Of a DNA stretch of 64,000 bases, positions 21,701 through 29,100 are shown piece by piece (positions within the stretch are counted from its first letter, which is position 1; the number at the start of each line of letters is the position of its first letter). Made by a program: the position numbers and the translations under genes. Under the pieces are notes generated by a model, which was not told where the DNA came from, made no database searches, and worked only from the letters and a program-made list of their open reading frames with translations. Origin of the DNA: an uncultured Chloroflexia bacterium. Its GTDB lineage: Bacteria > Chloroflexota > Chloroflexia > QHBQ01 > JADMIH01. The stretch lies in contig CAWCNY010000001.1 in NCBI GenBank assembly GCA_963797095.1, forward strand, positions 527,924 to 591,923. Reading direction: 5' to 3'.

Positions 21701-22272
21701 TGCTCGAGGAGCTTGCCAAACTCGTCAATAACCAGTAGCAGCCCACCATAACCCCGTGCTCTAGATGCCCGCGCCGCTGATTCGACCAGAGTTAAAACGT
21801 GGTCTCCTTGCCCTCCAGCACTGTCGGCGGTGGCTGGGTAGAGGGTATCAAAATCCTCGGTAAGTCCAAGGGTCACTGGCTCGACCGCCTCACGCAGTGC
21901 GGACATAATCGTGGGTACGAGCGGGGCGCGCTGCCCTACACACAGCATGGGCAAAAAGGGAGGTAGGTCAAACCCTACGCTTTGGCGTAGAGGGTAGCTT
22001 TGAGGGTGTTCCGGGGTAGCTTGGGCCAGCAGATCCGTCAAAAAGAGAGCGAAGGCGGATTTCCCAGTCCCATACGGCCCAGTAATGGACCAAGCCCGAC
22101 TGCCTCCAGGTATCTGCAGACCAGCTAGCATCTGAGTCGCCAGATCACGGGCGGTCGGTGTCAGAAGATACTCGTGGACACTTCGCGGGTTTTTCCAGTC
22201 CTTGGCTATTTGCACAGAACGATAGAATCTCCCTCTGACAGTTACTGCTTCGTGGAATGCTACTGCAGTCAT
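18790..22272 (-). CDS. sspC: SspC large P-loop ATPase
   Basis: RFYRSVQI, GPYGTGKS, LLVIDEFGK, EWQKVQGRF, QNERSLFAFL; 1160 aa, between a DUF4007-type gene and a PAPS reductase. Confidence 0.85.
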   Translation of the reverse strand: MTAVAFHEAVTVRGRFYRSVQIAKDWKNPRSVHEYLLTPTARDLATQMLAGLQIPGGSRAWSITGPYGTGKSAFALFLTDLLAQATPEHPQSYPLRQSVGFDLPPFLPMLCVGQRAPLVPTIMSALREAVEPVTLGLTEDFDTLYPATADSAGGQGDHVLTLVESAARASRARGYGGLLLVIDEFGKLLEHASQHPESEDLLVMQHLAEAAARSTIPILLVTILHASFADYLDTLDDLRRREWQKVQGRFTDVAFQEPPEQLLRLVGAAIGREMPTDLETSYIYATEQVVQAPPFGEVGQRFPALGELLANCAPLHPVTALLLWPLFRSKLAQNERSLFAFLTGREPFGFQQFLAGITWSEGLPPFYRSDDLYDYVTTALGAAIYRGDRARRWSEIENALERVTVGAPRLATAVIKTVGLLNLYGAAVGLKASQELIALALGNREGVNEAIAHLQRASILVYRRHEDAYALWEGSDVDLDTAIQEALQMVGHGRLAERLKASIAVRPLVARSHYIKRGTLRYFSVDLIDGDPLTLRQTFNQPLTPADGQILYVLTPADAEREALIKYAQELTFSQQPEHRLRILAFPRPMTGLEEALREVESWEWVTSNVPGLQGDPVARQEVKARLRQAIERLESLAGSVLGLRGYSLDVSACEWVQGGTLHELHSARSFSQWISKLCDQVYNQAPVLRNELLNRDHLSSSAAKARRNLLEAMLSREGEPTLGFTGNPPEVSMYRSLLQDGGFHGFRGGRLQLGEPNSTWLPVWHTLNEFLQETHSNRRPILEIASRLRRAPFGLREGVVPLLTCALLLAHKDDVALYDGGVFVPELRVEVIERLLRVPEAFEIQQFVVSDEDRQAFADITDILETVQGPLKEDDSASQLLGVVKPLVLFAAHLPQYAKNTKKLEPPQAVAVRDILLRSADPYALLFVDLPRALGLPSLRWDPGGSFASLLKDCLLALQHAYHKLLDQIEEQVRIVFDLQGSSDSVRSQLQRRAAAIEGTSAEQTLTLFIRESSRLEGREWREVLGRVVNQGTPPNQWRDPDAVGFGLRLRQIASDFVRLEELVTEQQLTGATQVLRIGLLNGHIKEARAIVALTPERVASVDALTERISTLLSQGTDGSEEARRVRIAALAQAAMRYLGDMGDIGGRDIGGQGGHDNE

Positions 22273-23303
22273 ACCGTTCGCACCTGTGCATGTTCGCTAT
22301 CTAAAGCCTGCTTGAAGTACCTTGCTAATGTCGAGAAAGCAGATAGGTCTTGGCGTGAGTAGTCGTTGCCATCGTAGCTTGGGCGCATGACCAATCGGCG
22401 TCCGGCCGTTTCGTCATAGCTCAATGGGCACCACCTGGGCAGCTCTTCTAAATATGCCGCCAGAGCATTCTCGGATAACTTGAAAGCCGCACCCGGGCTT
22501 CCGCCGCCGTATTGGATCGACTCGAAAGAGAGTGTGCGCTGTGAGGGTGCAATTCGCTCCCAAAACTCTAACAAAGCATACACAAAAATAGCCTGAGGCA
22601 ATGCGGGTTTTGGGCCGCGCACGAACTCGTAAACGCCACGCTCGACTTCCCGGATCAGCCCCAGTTCGACCAGTGGACAGTCGAATGTATCTTCCAAGGG
22701 CAGATCACGGGTCGCATGTGCGGGGGTGTAGGTGCGGATGAACACTTCGACATCCCTACGGACGGAAGCCGTAGTCGCTCGCACTAGCGGCGTCTGCTGG
22801 ACCCGCTTCATTAGCCATTCAGTCAGGCTGTCACGGGTGAATGTAGGCTCATGGAACTGGGTATAGGTCAGATACCAGGTTGAGGCCCTATCCCGGCGAC
22901 TTACTAGAAGCCAATGAAGTAACCATAGCGTGCCTGGATCCTCTAAATATGGGTCCCAGCCCCCATCGCTGAAGAGCGCCTGGCCCAAGGGAGTAGTTTG
23001 GACTACCTTCCCCCGGTCGGCGGACTGTATCAGCCTTAGCGTCTCGCACCAGAAGCGTATAGAAGTGACCATGTTCTTACCGACGCCCAGGATGACCATA
23101 GCGTCGTCACGGGTAAAGAGGTTAGGGTAGCTCTGCAATCCTTGTACGCCTTTTGGCAGCCAGGCATAGCGTAGTGGAAACGTCTCGTGCCCACTGAAGC
23201 TGTAGCGGCCCGTGTCGACCGATGACATGGCCACGCCGGACAGAGGGTTGTCGCTTTGTGTACCGAGAAAGTTAGTCATTAGCGTCGGGGTATCGGGTAG
23301 CAA
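22269..23303 (-). CDS. sspB: DUF4007 protein SspB
   Basis: FSGHETFPLRYAWLPKG, LGVGKNMVTSIRFW, DPYLEDPGTLWLLHW; TTG start after AAGGAGG. Confidence 0.9.
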   Translation of the reverse strand: MLPDTPTLMTNFLGTQSDNPLSGVAMSSVDTGRYSFSGHETFPLRYAWLPKGVQGLQSYPNLFTRDDAMVILGVGKNMVTSIRFWCETLRLIQSADRGKVVQTTPLGQALFSDGGWDPYLEDPGTLWLLHWLLVSRRDRASTWYLTYTQFHEPTFTRDSLTEWLMKRVQQTPLVRATTASVRRDVEVFIRTYTPAHATRDLPLEDTFDCPLVELGLIREVERGVYEFVRGPKPALPQAIFVYALLEFWERIAPSQRTLSFESIQYGGGSPGAAFKLSENALAAYLEELPRWCPLSYDETAGRRLVMRPSYDGNDYSRQDLSAFSTLARYFKQALDSEHAQVRTV

Positions 23304-23511
23304 AGGGTTCCCTCCTTGTAGAGCATCTAAACTCCTGCCTATAGTGTATCACAGTCGACGGGATGTGGATAAAATCGCTACCAGGCACAATATGTAGTAG
23401 TTATTCTGTGCCGTTGCGCTTTTTCTAGATGTTCTAGGAATCGGATAGCTCATTGGAAGTGTCAGAAGTAAGGGTAGCACCTGGTTGACGGCTGTTCATT
23501 GGTGTAGAATG

Positions 23512-24429
23512 TCACCGACCGAGATGAATGAGCGCCATAACAGTAGGCGTATTTCGCATCCTCACCAGCGTGGTCTCTACATGAAATCGGCCCTTGATTT
23601 GTTGGAAGTCAAGCACTTCATTGCACGCATCGATCTCACCGAAGATGCTCCCTCGTAGACCCTTCTGCAACGCCCGGTATATCGAGGTACTCGGAGGAAT
23701 TGTCTCACTCGGGGCGAAGCACTTCCCAGCACTAGGTGAGTTCCACTGCCGCCACACGCGCAAATCAGCAGATGATCTCCATGGGGGCACATGATAGACC
23801 GAGGAGCCTTGATTAGACAGCATGGGCTGCGACCAGCGTAGCGTGCCCTCCTGAGCCAGGACGAAGATGCAAGGCGACACATCAGCTTCCACCATTCGCC
23901 GCACGATTGGGGTCACCGACAACCTACAATCCCTTGCCCACTGGAACCCATAGGAAAGCCTAACTCTTCTGCTGCGCACGACAGGGAAGAAGAGAGCCCC
24001 GGGTAACATGATCTCTGCAGCGCCCCAGTCGCACCAGAATTCTTTGTGCCTCCAAAGCTGCTCCATCTCCCCCCGAGTGTAGCGACCCGGCACCTCAGCA
24101 CGAAGTGCGGCAAATAACCCTTCTACGAACTCGTGTGCTTTGCTGTAATTCTGTACTCCCGCGGGATCATCGCCGTTGATGACCATACGATTGCCCATCA
24201 AGAAACCACGCTGTTTACTGTCGCCGTCGGACAGCAACTCAACGCGGAGCCTGAAGCCGTGGTGCTCGATGAGACGGTCAATGTCCACGGGCAAGCGCCA
24301 AGTACCTGCGGAGCGGAGCATATACTCGGCATACTCCTGGACGAGGATGCGTGTGTCACGAGTCTCAGTCTGTCTGAGGAAAGCCTGCGGCGCATTAGGT
24401 AGGTTGAGGGCATTCGCTAAGTTCATCAT
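23512..24429 (-). CDS. ImmA/IrrE (CapP-like) metallopeptidase-family protein, HExxE variant
   Basis: LPVDID, NYSKAHEFVE, EFWCDWGAAEIMLP, followed by a C-terminal beta-rich region; directly downstream of an XRE repressor. Confidence 0.7.
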   Translation of the reverse strand: MMNLANALNLPNAPQAFLRQTETRDTRILVQEYAEYMLRSAGTWRLPVDIDRLIEHHGFRLRVELLSDGDSKQRGFLMGNRMVINGDDPAGVQNYSKAHEFVEGLFAALRAEVPGRYTRGEMEQLWRHKEFWCDWGAAEIMLPGALFFPVVRSRRVRLSYGFQWARDCRLSVTPIVRRMVEADVSPCIFVLAQEGTLRWSQPMLSNQGSSVYHVPPWRSSADLRVWRQWNSPSAGKCFAPSETIPPSTSIYRALQKGLRGSIFGEIDACNEVLDFQQIKGRFHVETTLVRMRNTPTVMALIHLGR

Positions 24430-24461
24430 TACCTACGCTTCCTCGTTCCTCCTTCTGAGGG

Positions 24462-24863
24462 CTATCGAGCCTCTTCTTCCTCTTCTAGCATTGCTTTAAT
24501 CACCGAGTATATCGCCCGCCACTCACGCGGAGTAGTAGGCTTCCGCCCACGGTACTCTATCTGGGCCAGCATAGTGAGCTCACGAGTGCTCAACCCTGAC
24601 TGCTCCGCAAATTCCTGAAGGCTAGCTGGTATTTCTACTGCGTCGAACCGCTCGCCCAGTAACTCACTGGGCCTGGCATCGAGCGCATCTGCAAGCTTCT
24701 TGATCTTATCCTCGGTTGGAGCGCTTTCACTACGCTCGATTTGGTACAGGTAACTGCGTGAGATCTTTGACTTCTCAGCAAGGTCGCTGAGGCTCCAGCC
24801 TCTCTTCTCACGTAATTGGCGGACCCGATCTCCAATCTTCTCATTAGGCACTTGTTCAGGCAT
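24462..24863 (-). CDS. XRE-family HTH transcriptional repressor
   Basis: IGDRVRQLREKRGWSLSDLAEKSKISRSYLYQIE..IKKLADAL. Confidence 0.92.
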   Translation of the reverse strand: MPEQVPNEKIGDRVRQLREKRGWSLSDLAEKSKISRSYLYQIERSESAPTEDKIKKLADALDARPSELLGERFDAVEIPASLQEFAEQSGLSTRELTMLAQIEYRGRKPTTPREWRAIYSVIKAMLEEEEEAR

Positions 24864-24898
24864 ATGCAGGTCTTCCCTCTGTCCTTTACTCTGTTGCC

Positions 24899-24927
24899 AT
24901 TATAAAGGCCGACGGAAGCGGCGTCAA
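24899..24927 (-). promoter_or_regulatory. Sigma70-type promoter for the HTH/peptidase transcript
   Basis: Minus strand TTGACG-17 nt-TATAAT. Confidence 0.8.
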
Positions 24928-24967
24928 TATAGCGGTACGATATTCTCCGGTATTGTGGAAAAACCTC

Positions 24968-24997
24968 TTGACGCCGCTGTCGTTATAGCAGTATGCT
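24968..24997 (+). promoter_or_regulatory. Divergent sigma70-type promoter for the small-protein operon
   Basis: TTGACG-18 nt-TATGCT. Confidence 0.65.
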
Positions 24998-24999
24998 TA

Positions 25000-25017
25000 T
25001 GTACGTAATATCGTACA
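25000..25017. promoter_or_regulatory. Operator-like palindrome TGTACG-TAATAT-CGTACA
   Basis: Overlaps the predicted +1 of the plus-strand promoter; GTACGATATT at 24935-24944 is the reverse complement of 25007-25016. Confidence 0.6.
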
Positions 25018-25053
25018 GAGCGGTGCGGTAAATCTAATGAAAGGAGGGCCAAG

Positions 25054-25287
25054 ATGATGAGCAAGAACAGACATGTGGTGCCCCATGGCAATGACTGGGC
25101 GGTTCGCAAAGAAGGCGCATCTCGCGTTTCTTCCACGCACCCGACCCAGCAGGCAGCTATCGATAGCACCAAGCAGGGTGCAATACGTGACCACGCTGAA
25201 GTGGTAATCCACCGTCCGGATGGGCGCATTCGGGACAAGGACTCCTATGGCAATGACCCCTGCCCGCCGAGGGATAACCAGCACTAG
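25054..25287 (+). CDS. DUF2188-family small protein
   Basis: HVVPHGNDWAVRKEG..TQQAAI..IHRPDGRIRDKDSYGNDP; RBS AAGGAGG. Confidence 0.85.
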   Translation: MMSKNRHVVPHGNDWAVRKEGASRVSSTHPTQQAAIDSTKQGAIRDHAEVVIHRPDGRIRDKDSYGNDPCPPRDNQH

Positions 25288-25333
25288 GGCTGCGGCAGAC
25301 ATCGGCATTCCATACTGGACAATTAGCGTTACG

Positions 25334-25361
25334 CCTCAACTGACCCTAGGGTCGGTTGAGG
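25334..25361 (+). other. Intergenic near-perfect palindrome/hairpin
   Basis: CCTCAACTGACCC-TA-GGGTCGGTTGAGG (13-bp arms, one G.U pair); no U-tract; just upstream of the next RBS. Confidence 0.6.
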
Positions 25362-25378
25362 GAAAGGAGAATTAGGAG

Positions 25379-25555
25379 ATGTACAAGACTGGACAGGAAG
25401 CTCCAGAATCGGGGCAATACTATTGGGCGGGCTATACTGATGGCACGAGCACGCCTGCCCCCACGGTAGAGGAGCGCGTAATCTGGCTACAGAGAGGTGA
25501 AGTCTTTCCTCCGATCCGCTCGTGCAACAAGGGTGCCTATTGGCGCCTGAAATAA
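25379..25555 (+). CDS. YjzC-like small protein, 58 aa (not in ORF track)
   Basis: AGGAG RBS; MYKTGQEAPESGQYYWAGYTDGTSTPAPTVEERVIWLQRGEVFPPIRSCNKGAYWRLK matches the KTGxxAPxSGxY..GExFPP..W pattern of YjzC-like proteins. Confidence 0.8.
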   Translation: MYKTGQEAPESGQYYWAGYTDGTSTPAPTVEERVIWLQRGEVFPPIRSCNKGAYWRLK

Positions 25556-25572
25556 GAGGTTTTGGAGGTGGG

Positions 25573-25686
25573 ATGAGAGCCACCGAAGAGTGTCCGTATG
25601 TAAAAGGCCCATCCGACCGGCCTCTCAAGCCGCCGAGGCCGACCATGTTTAATATCGGTCCCGGCGCCCTGCGAGACGTCGCTTGA
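25573..25686 (+). CDS. Putative 37-aa small protein (not in ORF track)
   Basis: Strong GGAGGTGG RBS directly after the YjzC-like stop; MRATEECPYVKGPSDRPLKPPRPTMFNIGPGALRDVA. Confidence 0.4.
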   Translation: MRATEECPYVKGPSDRPLKPPRPTMFNIGPGALRDVA

Positions 25687-25871
25687 TAAGGTGACCTTCC
25701 TGAGAGTGGTCTATATGTCCCTACTCTTGACCACTCTCAGGTCACGGTCAGAATGCGTGATTGGGCTTACCCTCTTTTCTGGAGAAGCCCAAGGCACAAC
25801 ATAATCGAAAACTGAGACTACAGCAAGATCAGGTACAGCTGTTAAGGCGGGTAGTATCTGGTGTAAGCCTG

Positions 25872-25929
25872 TGATATAATTGCTGTAAAGGCATAGACGA
25901 GTCAGCAACCGTGAACTCGCTGACTCGTC
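25872..25929 (+). promoter_or_regulatory. Extended -10 promoter followed by a perfect 11-bp inverted repeat
   Basis: TGaTATAAT (25872-25880); GACGAGTCAGC (25896-25906) / GCTGACTCGTC (25919-25929); upstream of the kinase operon. Confidence 0.6.
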
Positions 25930-26082
25930 AGTAATATTCCTAACCCGTCAGTTCGTACCGCTACCGGTTGGCTCGCCGATACTTCCTCGGGAAACGACCC
26001 TATTAGAAGGGCCGCGGTTATACTTGGCACGAACTCTCGCACCGTGATCGTTGCATGCTAATCTACGCGAAAGGTTCACGTC

Positions 26083-27453
26083 TTGGCTACTGTAAGGCGA
26101 ATAGGACTTCCAGAGAACGGTAGTGAACGAAAGGCGATTGAGTACTTTGCCCGGAATCTGCCTGATGCAAGGTACACTCTATTCCATAATCTTGAGTTGC
26201 CTGCTCCCTCCGGCTTACCCTACGAATACGACCAGATAATCGTTGGGCCCACTGCTGTGTATGTAATCGAGGTCAAGGGCTATCAGGGCAATATTCATGG
26301 CAACGCAGATGAGTGGAGATTGCACTCTGGGGCGATACATAAGAGCCCCATACCACTGGCAAACAAAAAGGCAAAGATCGTAAAAGATTTGCTGTCCAGA
26401 TCTAGTCCGCTTCTCTCAGATGTCTGGGTTGAGGCCTTGATAGTGCTTACGGACGATCGCGTTAGGATCAACTTGAGCCATGATCAAGCGGGCCGCGTGT
26501 TGACTTTGCCAGACGCCGCCGATTACCTCCTGGAAGCACGCACGATTATTTTCGAGCCGCCTATTATTGCCCACTTGCACGAACAGATTTCAGAGGCTAT
26601 TTACGAACGCTTCCGACCACTTCAGCGCCAACATGAGATAGGTGACTACGCCATAATCGAGCCGATAGACAGGAATAATCTATACAGTTCCTACCTGGCA
26701 GAGAACAAGCTGCTCAGGGGGCACGGCCGAGTTGCTCTCAAAGTCTACACTTTCAACGTGTATGCTCGACTGGAAATGCAGCAAGAAGAAAAGGAGCGGC
26801 TGCTGCGTGACGCGCAAGCCCTTGTCCGTCTGAGAGAGCATCCGAACGTGGTTCGCTCTTACCCCCCATTCGCATGGCAGGATAACCACATTGTGGTGCC
26901 AACCGAATGGGTGGATGGTTTTTCTCTTCACAGCCGACTGGATAGCCAGCAACCTATCGCCTTCGAGCGCAAACTACAGATAGTACTGGACGTTTGCCAG
27001 GCTCTTGGCTACGCCCATAGCCATGGAATTGTGCATCGGAACGTACGGCCAGATAACATAATAGTCCCGGATACGGGACCAGCTAAACTGGCGAACTTCG
27101 ACTGCGCGCGAATCTCAGATCCCGACGTAAAGACAATCGCAACGCAGCTCAGGGGTCAGCTAGACGAGCGTTATGTTGCACCCGAAGTATGGAAGAACCC
27201 CGCTGCCGCATCGCCAGCCTCCGATATCTACTCTGCTGGCGTTGTTCTCTTCGAACTCGTCACCGGAAGGCGGCCATACGAGAAGATACGAGAAGTGTTA
27301 GCCAAGGGTGCGTTACCCATAATCCCGACAGAGGTGGACCACGAACTTCCAAGCGACATTGATCACATAGTATCCAAGATGTGTGCATTCCGGCCCGAGG
27401 ATCGATATACGGATTCAATGGAGCTTCTTGAGGACTTGCAGATTATCTCTTGA
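26083..27453 (+). CDS. NERD nuclease domain + degenerate Ser/Thr kinase domain (PglW N-terminus-like)
   Basis: ENGSERKAI, EYDQIIVGPTAVYVIEVKGY (NERD); kinase VALK and YVAPE present, but HRN replaces HRD and NFD replaces DFG. Confidence 0.85.
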   Translation: MATVRRIGLPENGSERKAIEYFARNLPDARYTLFHNLELPAPSGLPYEYDQIIVGPTAVYVIEVKGYQGNIHGNADEWRLHSGAIHKSPIPLANKKAKIVKDLLSRSSPLLSDVWVEALIVLTDDRVRINLSHDQAGRVLTLPDAADYLLEARTIIFEPPIIAHLHEQISEAIYERFRPLQRQHEIGDYAIIEPIDRNNLYSSYLAENKLLRGHGRVALKVYTFNVYARLEMQQEEKERLLRDAQALVRLREHPNVVRSYPPFAWQDNHIVVPTEWVDGFSLHSRLDSQQPIAFERKLQIVLDVCQALGYAHSHGIVHRNVRPDNIIVPDTGPAKLANFDCARISDPDVKTIATQLRGQLDERYVAPEVWKNPAAASPASDIYSAGVVLFELVTGRRPYEKIREVLAKGALPIIPTEVDHELPSDIDHIVSKMCAFRPEDRYTDSMELLEDLQIIS

Positions 27454-27500
27454 GTAGCTGTCCGGCAACGTGCCGGACCTGCAGTGAAAGCGCTACCCAC

Positions 27501-28394
27501 ATGACCGACCACCTTCACAAAGGCGACGTACTTCGTAGCCGCTACCTAGTCGAGGGACACCTCGGAGACGGCACTTATGCTCAGGTCTATAAGGCTCTCG
27601 ACAATATCACTGGGGAAATAGTCGTCCTCAAGTTGCTCAACGAGGGTGAGGGAACTTTGGATCAACTTGTCCACGAGTTTCGTCTACTGGCTTCCCTTCA
27701 ACACCCGCATATTGCTCGAGTACTTAATGTCGAGGAGCGGTCCCCCGGAACGTTCTTCCTGTTGCTGCAGCACATAAATGGTCACGTACTCAGCGAGGAC
27801 ATCCGGGAAGGGGCCGTACCATCCCTCCAAGCAAAGCAATATACGCTCGATCTGATGGATGCGCTCGGTTATCTGCACTTGAATAGGATCATGCATCGAG
27901 ATATCAAGCCGAGTAATCTGCTCGTCGACGGGCGACACTGCTTCATCATAGACTTCAACGTCAGCAAGAGGGTCGAAAGCCACGCCTCGACAATCGTTGG
28001 CACTAGGCTATATATCCCGCCAGAAGTGTATGTTTCTGGATGGAATTGGACGTGCGATCTCTACTCGGCGGGAATAGTCATTTACCAGATGTTGACAGGG
28101 ACGTTGCCGTTTCCAGAGGGCGAGCCCCTTGACGACGACCAGGCGATAGACCCCAGAGAGATCAATCCCTCCATTGGACATGCTCTGGCTACTGCTATCA
28201 TGAAAGCAATAGCCACTGAGCCGGGGGAGAGATTTCAATCTGCCCCGGAGATGAGCCACGCCCTTGCCAGTTCAAGTTGGGACTTTATGCCGACTACAAA
28301 ACAGCGAAGCCAATCGGTGGGCGTATCTCACGCCATGCCCAAATCAGCCTCGATGCAACCACAACAAAAGGAGTCTCAGTCCGTGAAATCTTAA
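27501..28394 (+). CDS. Hanks-type Ser/Thr protein kinase
   Basis: LGDGTYAQVY, VLK, HRDIKPSN, DFN, YIPPE, DLYSAG; probable ATG 27501. Confidence 0.9.
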   Translation: MTDHLHKGDVLRSRYLVEGHLGDGTYAQVYKALDNITGEIVVLKLLNEGEGTLDQLVHEFRLLASLQHPHIARVLNVEERSPGTFFLLLQHINGHVLSEDIREGAVPSLQAKQYTLDLMDALGYLHLNRIMHRDIKPSNLLVDGRHCFIIDFNVSKRVESHASTIVGTRLYIPPEVYVSGWNWTCDLYSAGIVIYQMLTGTLPFPEGEPLDDDQAIDPREINPSIGHALATAIMKAIATEPGERFQSAPEMSHALASSSWDFMPTTKQRSQSVGVSHAMPKSASMQPQQKESQSVKS

Positions 28395-29100
28395 CGAGTT
28401 TGTCGTAGCCAAGCCCAGACCCTTACCCGTGTTTATCCTTGCCGACACCAGCGGCAGTATGAAGGGTGAGAAGATACAGAGCCTTAATTCTGCTCTTCGA
28501 GAAATGGTGTCTTCCCTGCGCTCCGTTGAGGACGTCCGTGGGCAGATCGAAGTTTGCTTGATAACGTTTGGTAACGAGGCTACCGTTGTACATCCACTTA
28601 GCTCAGTAGCTGATGTCAATTTGCCCGAGCTTCTTGCAGCAGGGAAAACTCCCATGGGTGCAGCATTCGAATTGCTGACAGGGCTGATCGAAGATACCAC
28701 AGTTGTCCCGCCGCGTGCCTTTAGCCCTACGATTGTGCTCGTGAGTGATGGCATACCCACTGACATCCCGGGTGATCTGTATCGGAAGTACGCAGATGGC
28801 GCGGTAACCAGCGGGGACTTCCTGAATTGGGATCCTTTGCGCGCACTCCTGGCGTCAGAGAGAGGTAGCAAATGTATTAGGCTGGCTATAGGAATAGGTG
28901 CCGATACTAATGACGCAATGCTCGAGGCCTTCGTGAATTCGGACACCATACCCGTGATACGTGCTCAAGATGCCCGCAGCATTCAGCGCTTCTTCCGCTG
29001 GGTAACCATGTCGGTGTCGTCCAGATCAGTTAGCCGAGACCCTAACCAGCCTGTCATACCGGCGTTCGATGAGTTCGACGAGGAAGAACTGGCCTTCTAG
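28383..29100 (+). CDS. terY: TerY-type vWA protein (apparent 1-nt insertion just after the true start)
   Basis: MIDAS DTSGSM, TPMG, VSDG, FFRWVTMSV. The natural N-terminus LNEFVVAKPRPLPV is in frame upstream of 28429; RBS AAGGAG + GTG 28383 is offset by one A. Confidence 0.85.

Noticed and set aside
16787-23303. BREX type 4 or Dnd assignment for the PAPS-reductase locus
   Set aside because: No pglZ, brxL or dndB/D/E recognisable; DUF4007 + large ATPase + short PAPS reductase + desulfurase fits SspABCD.
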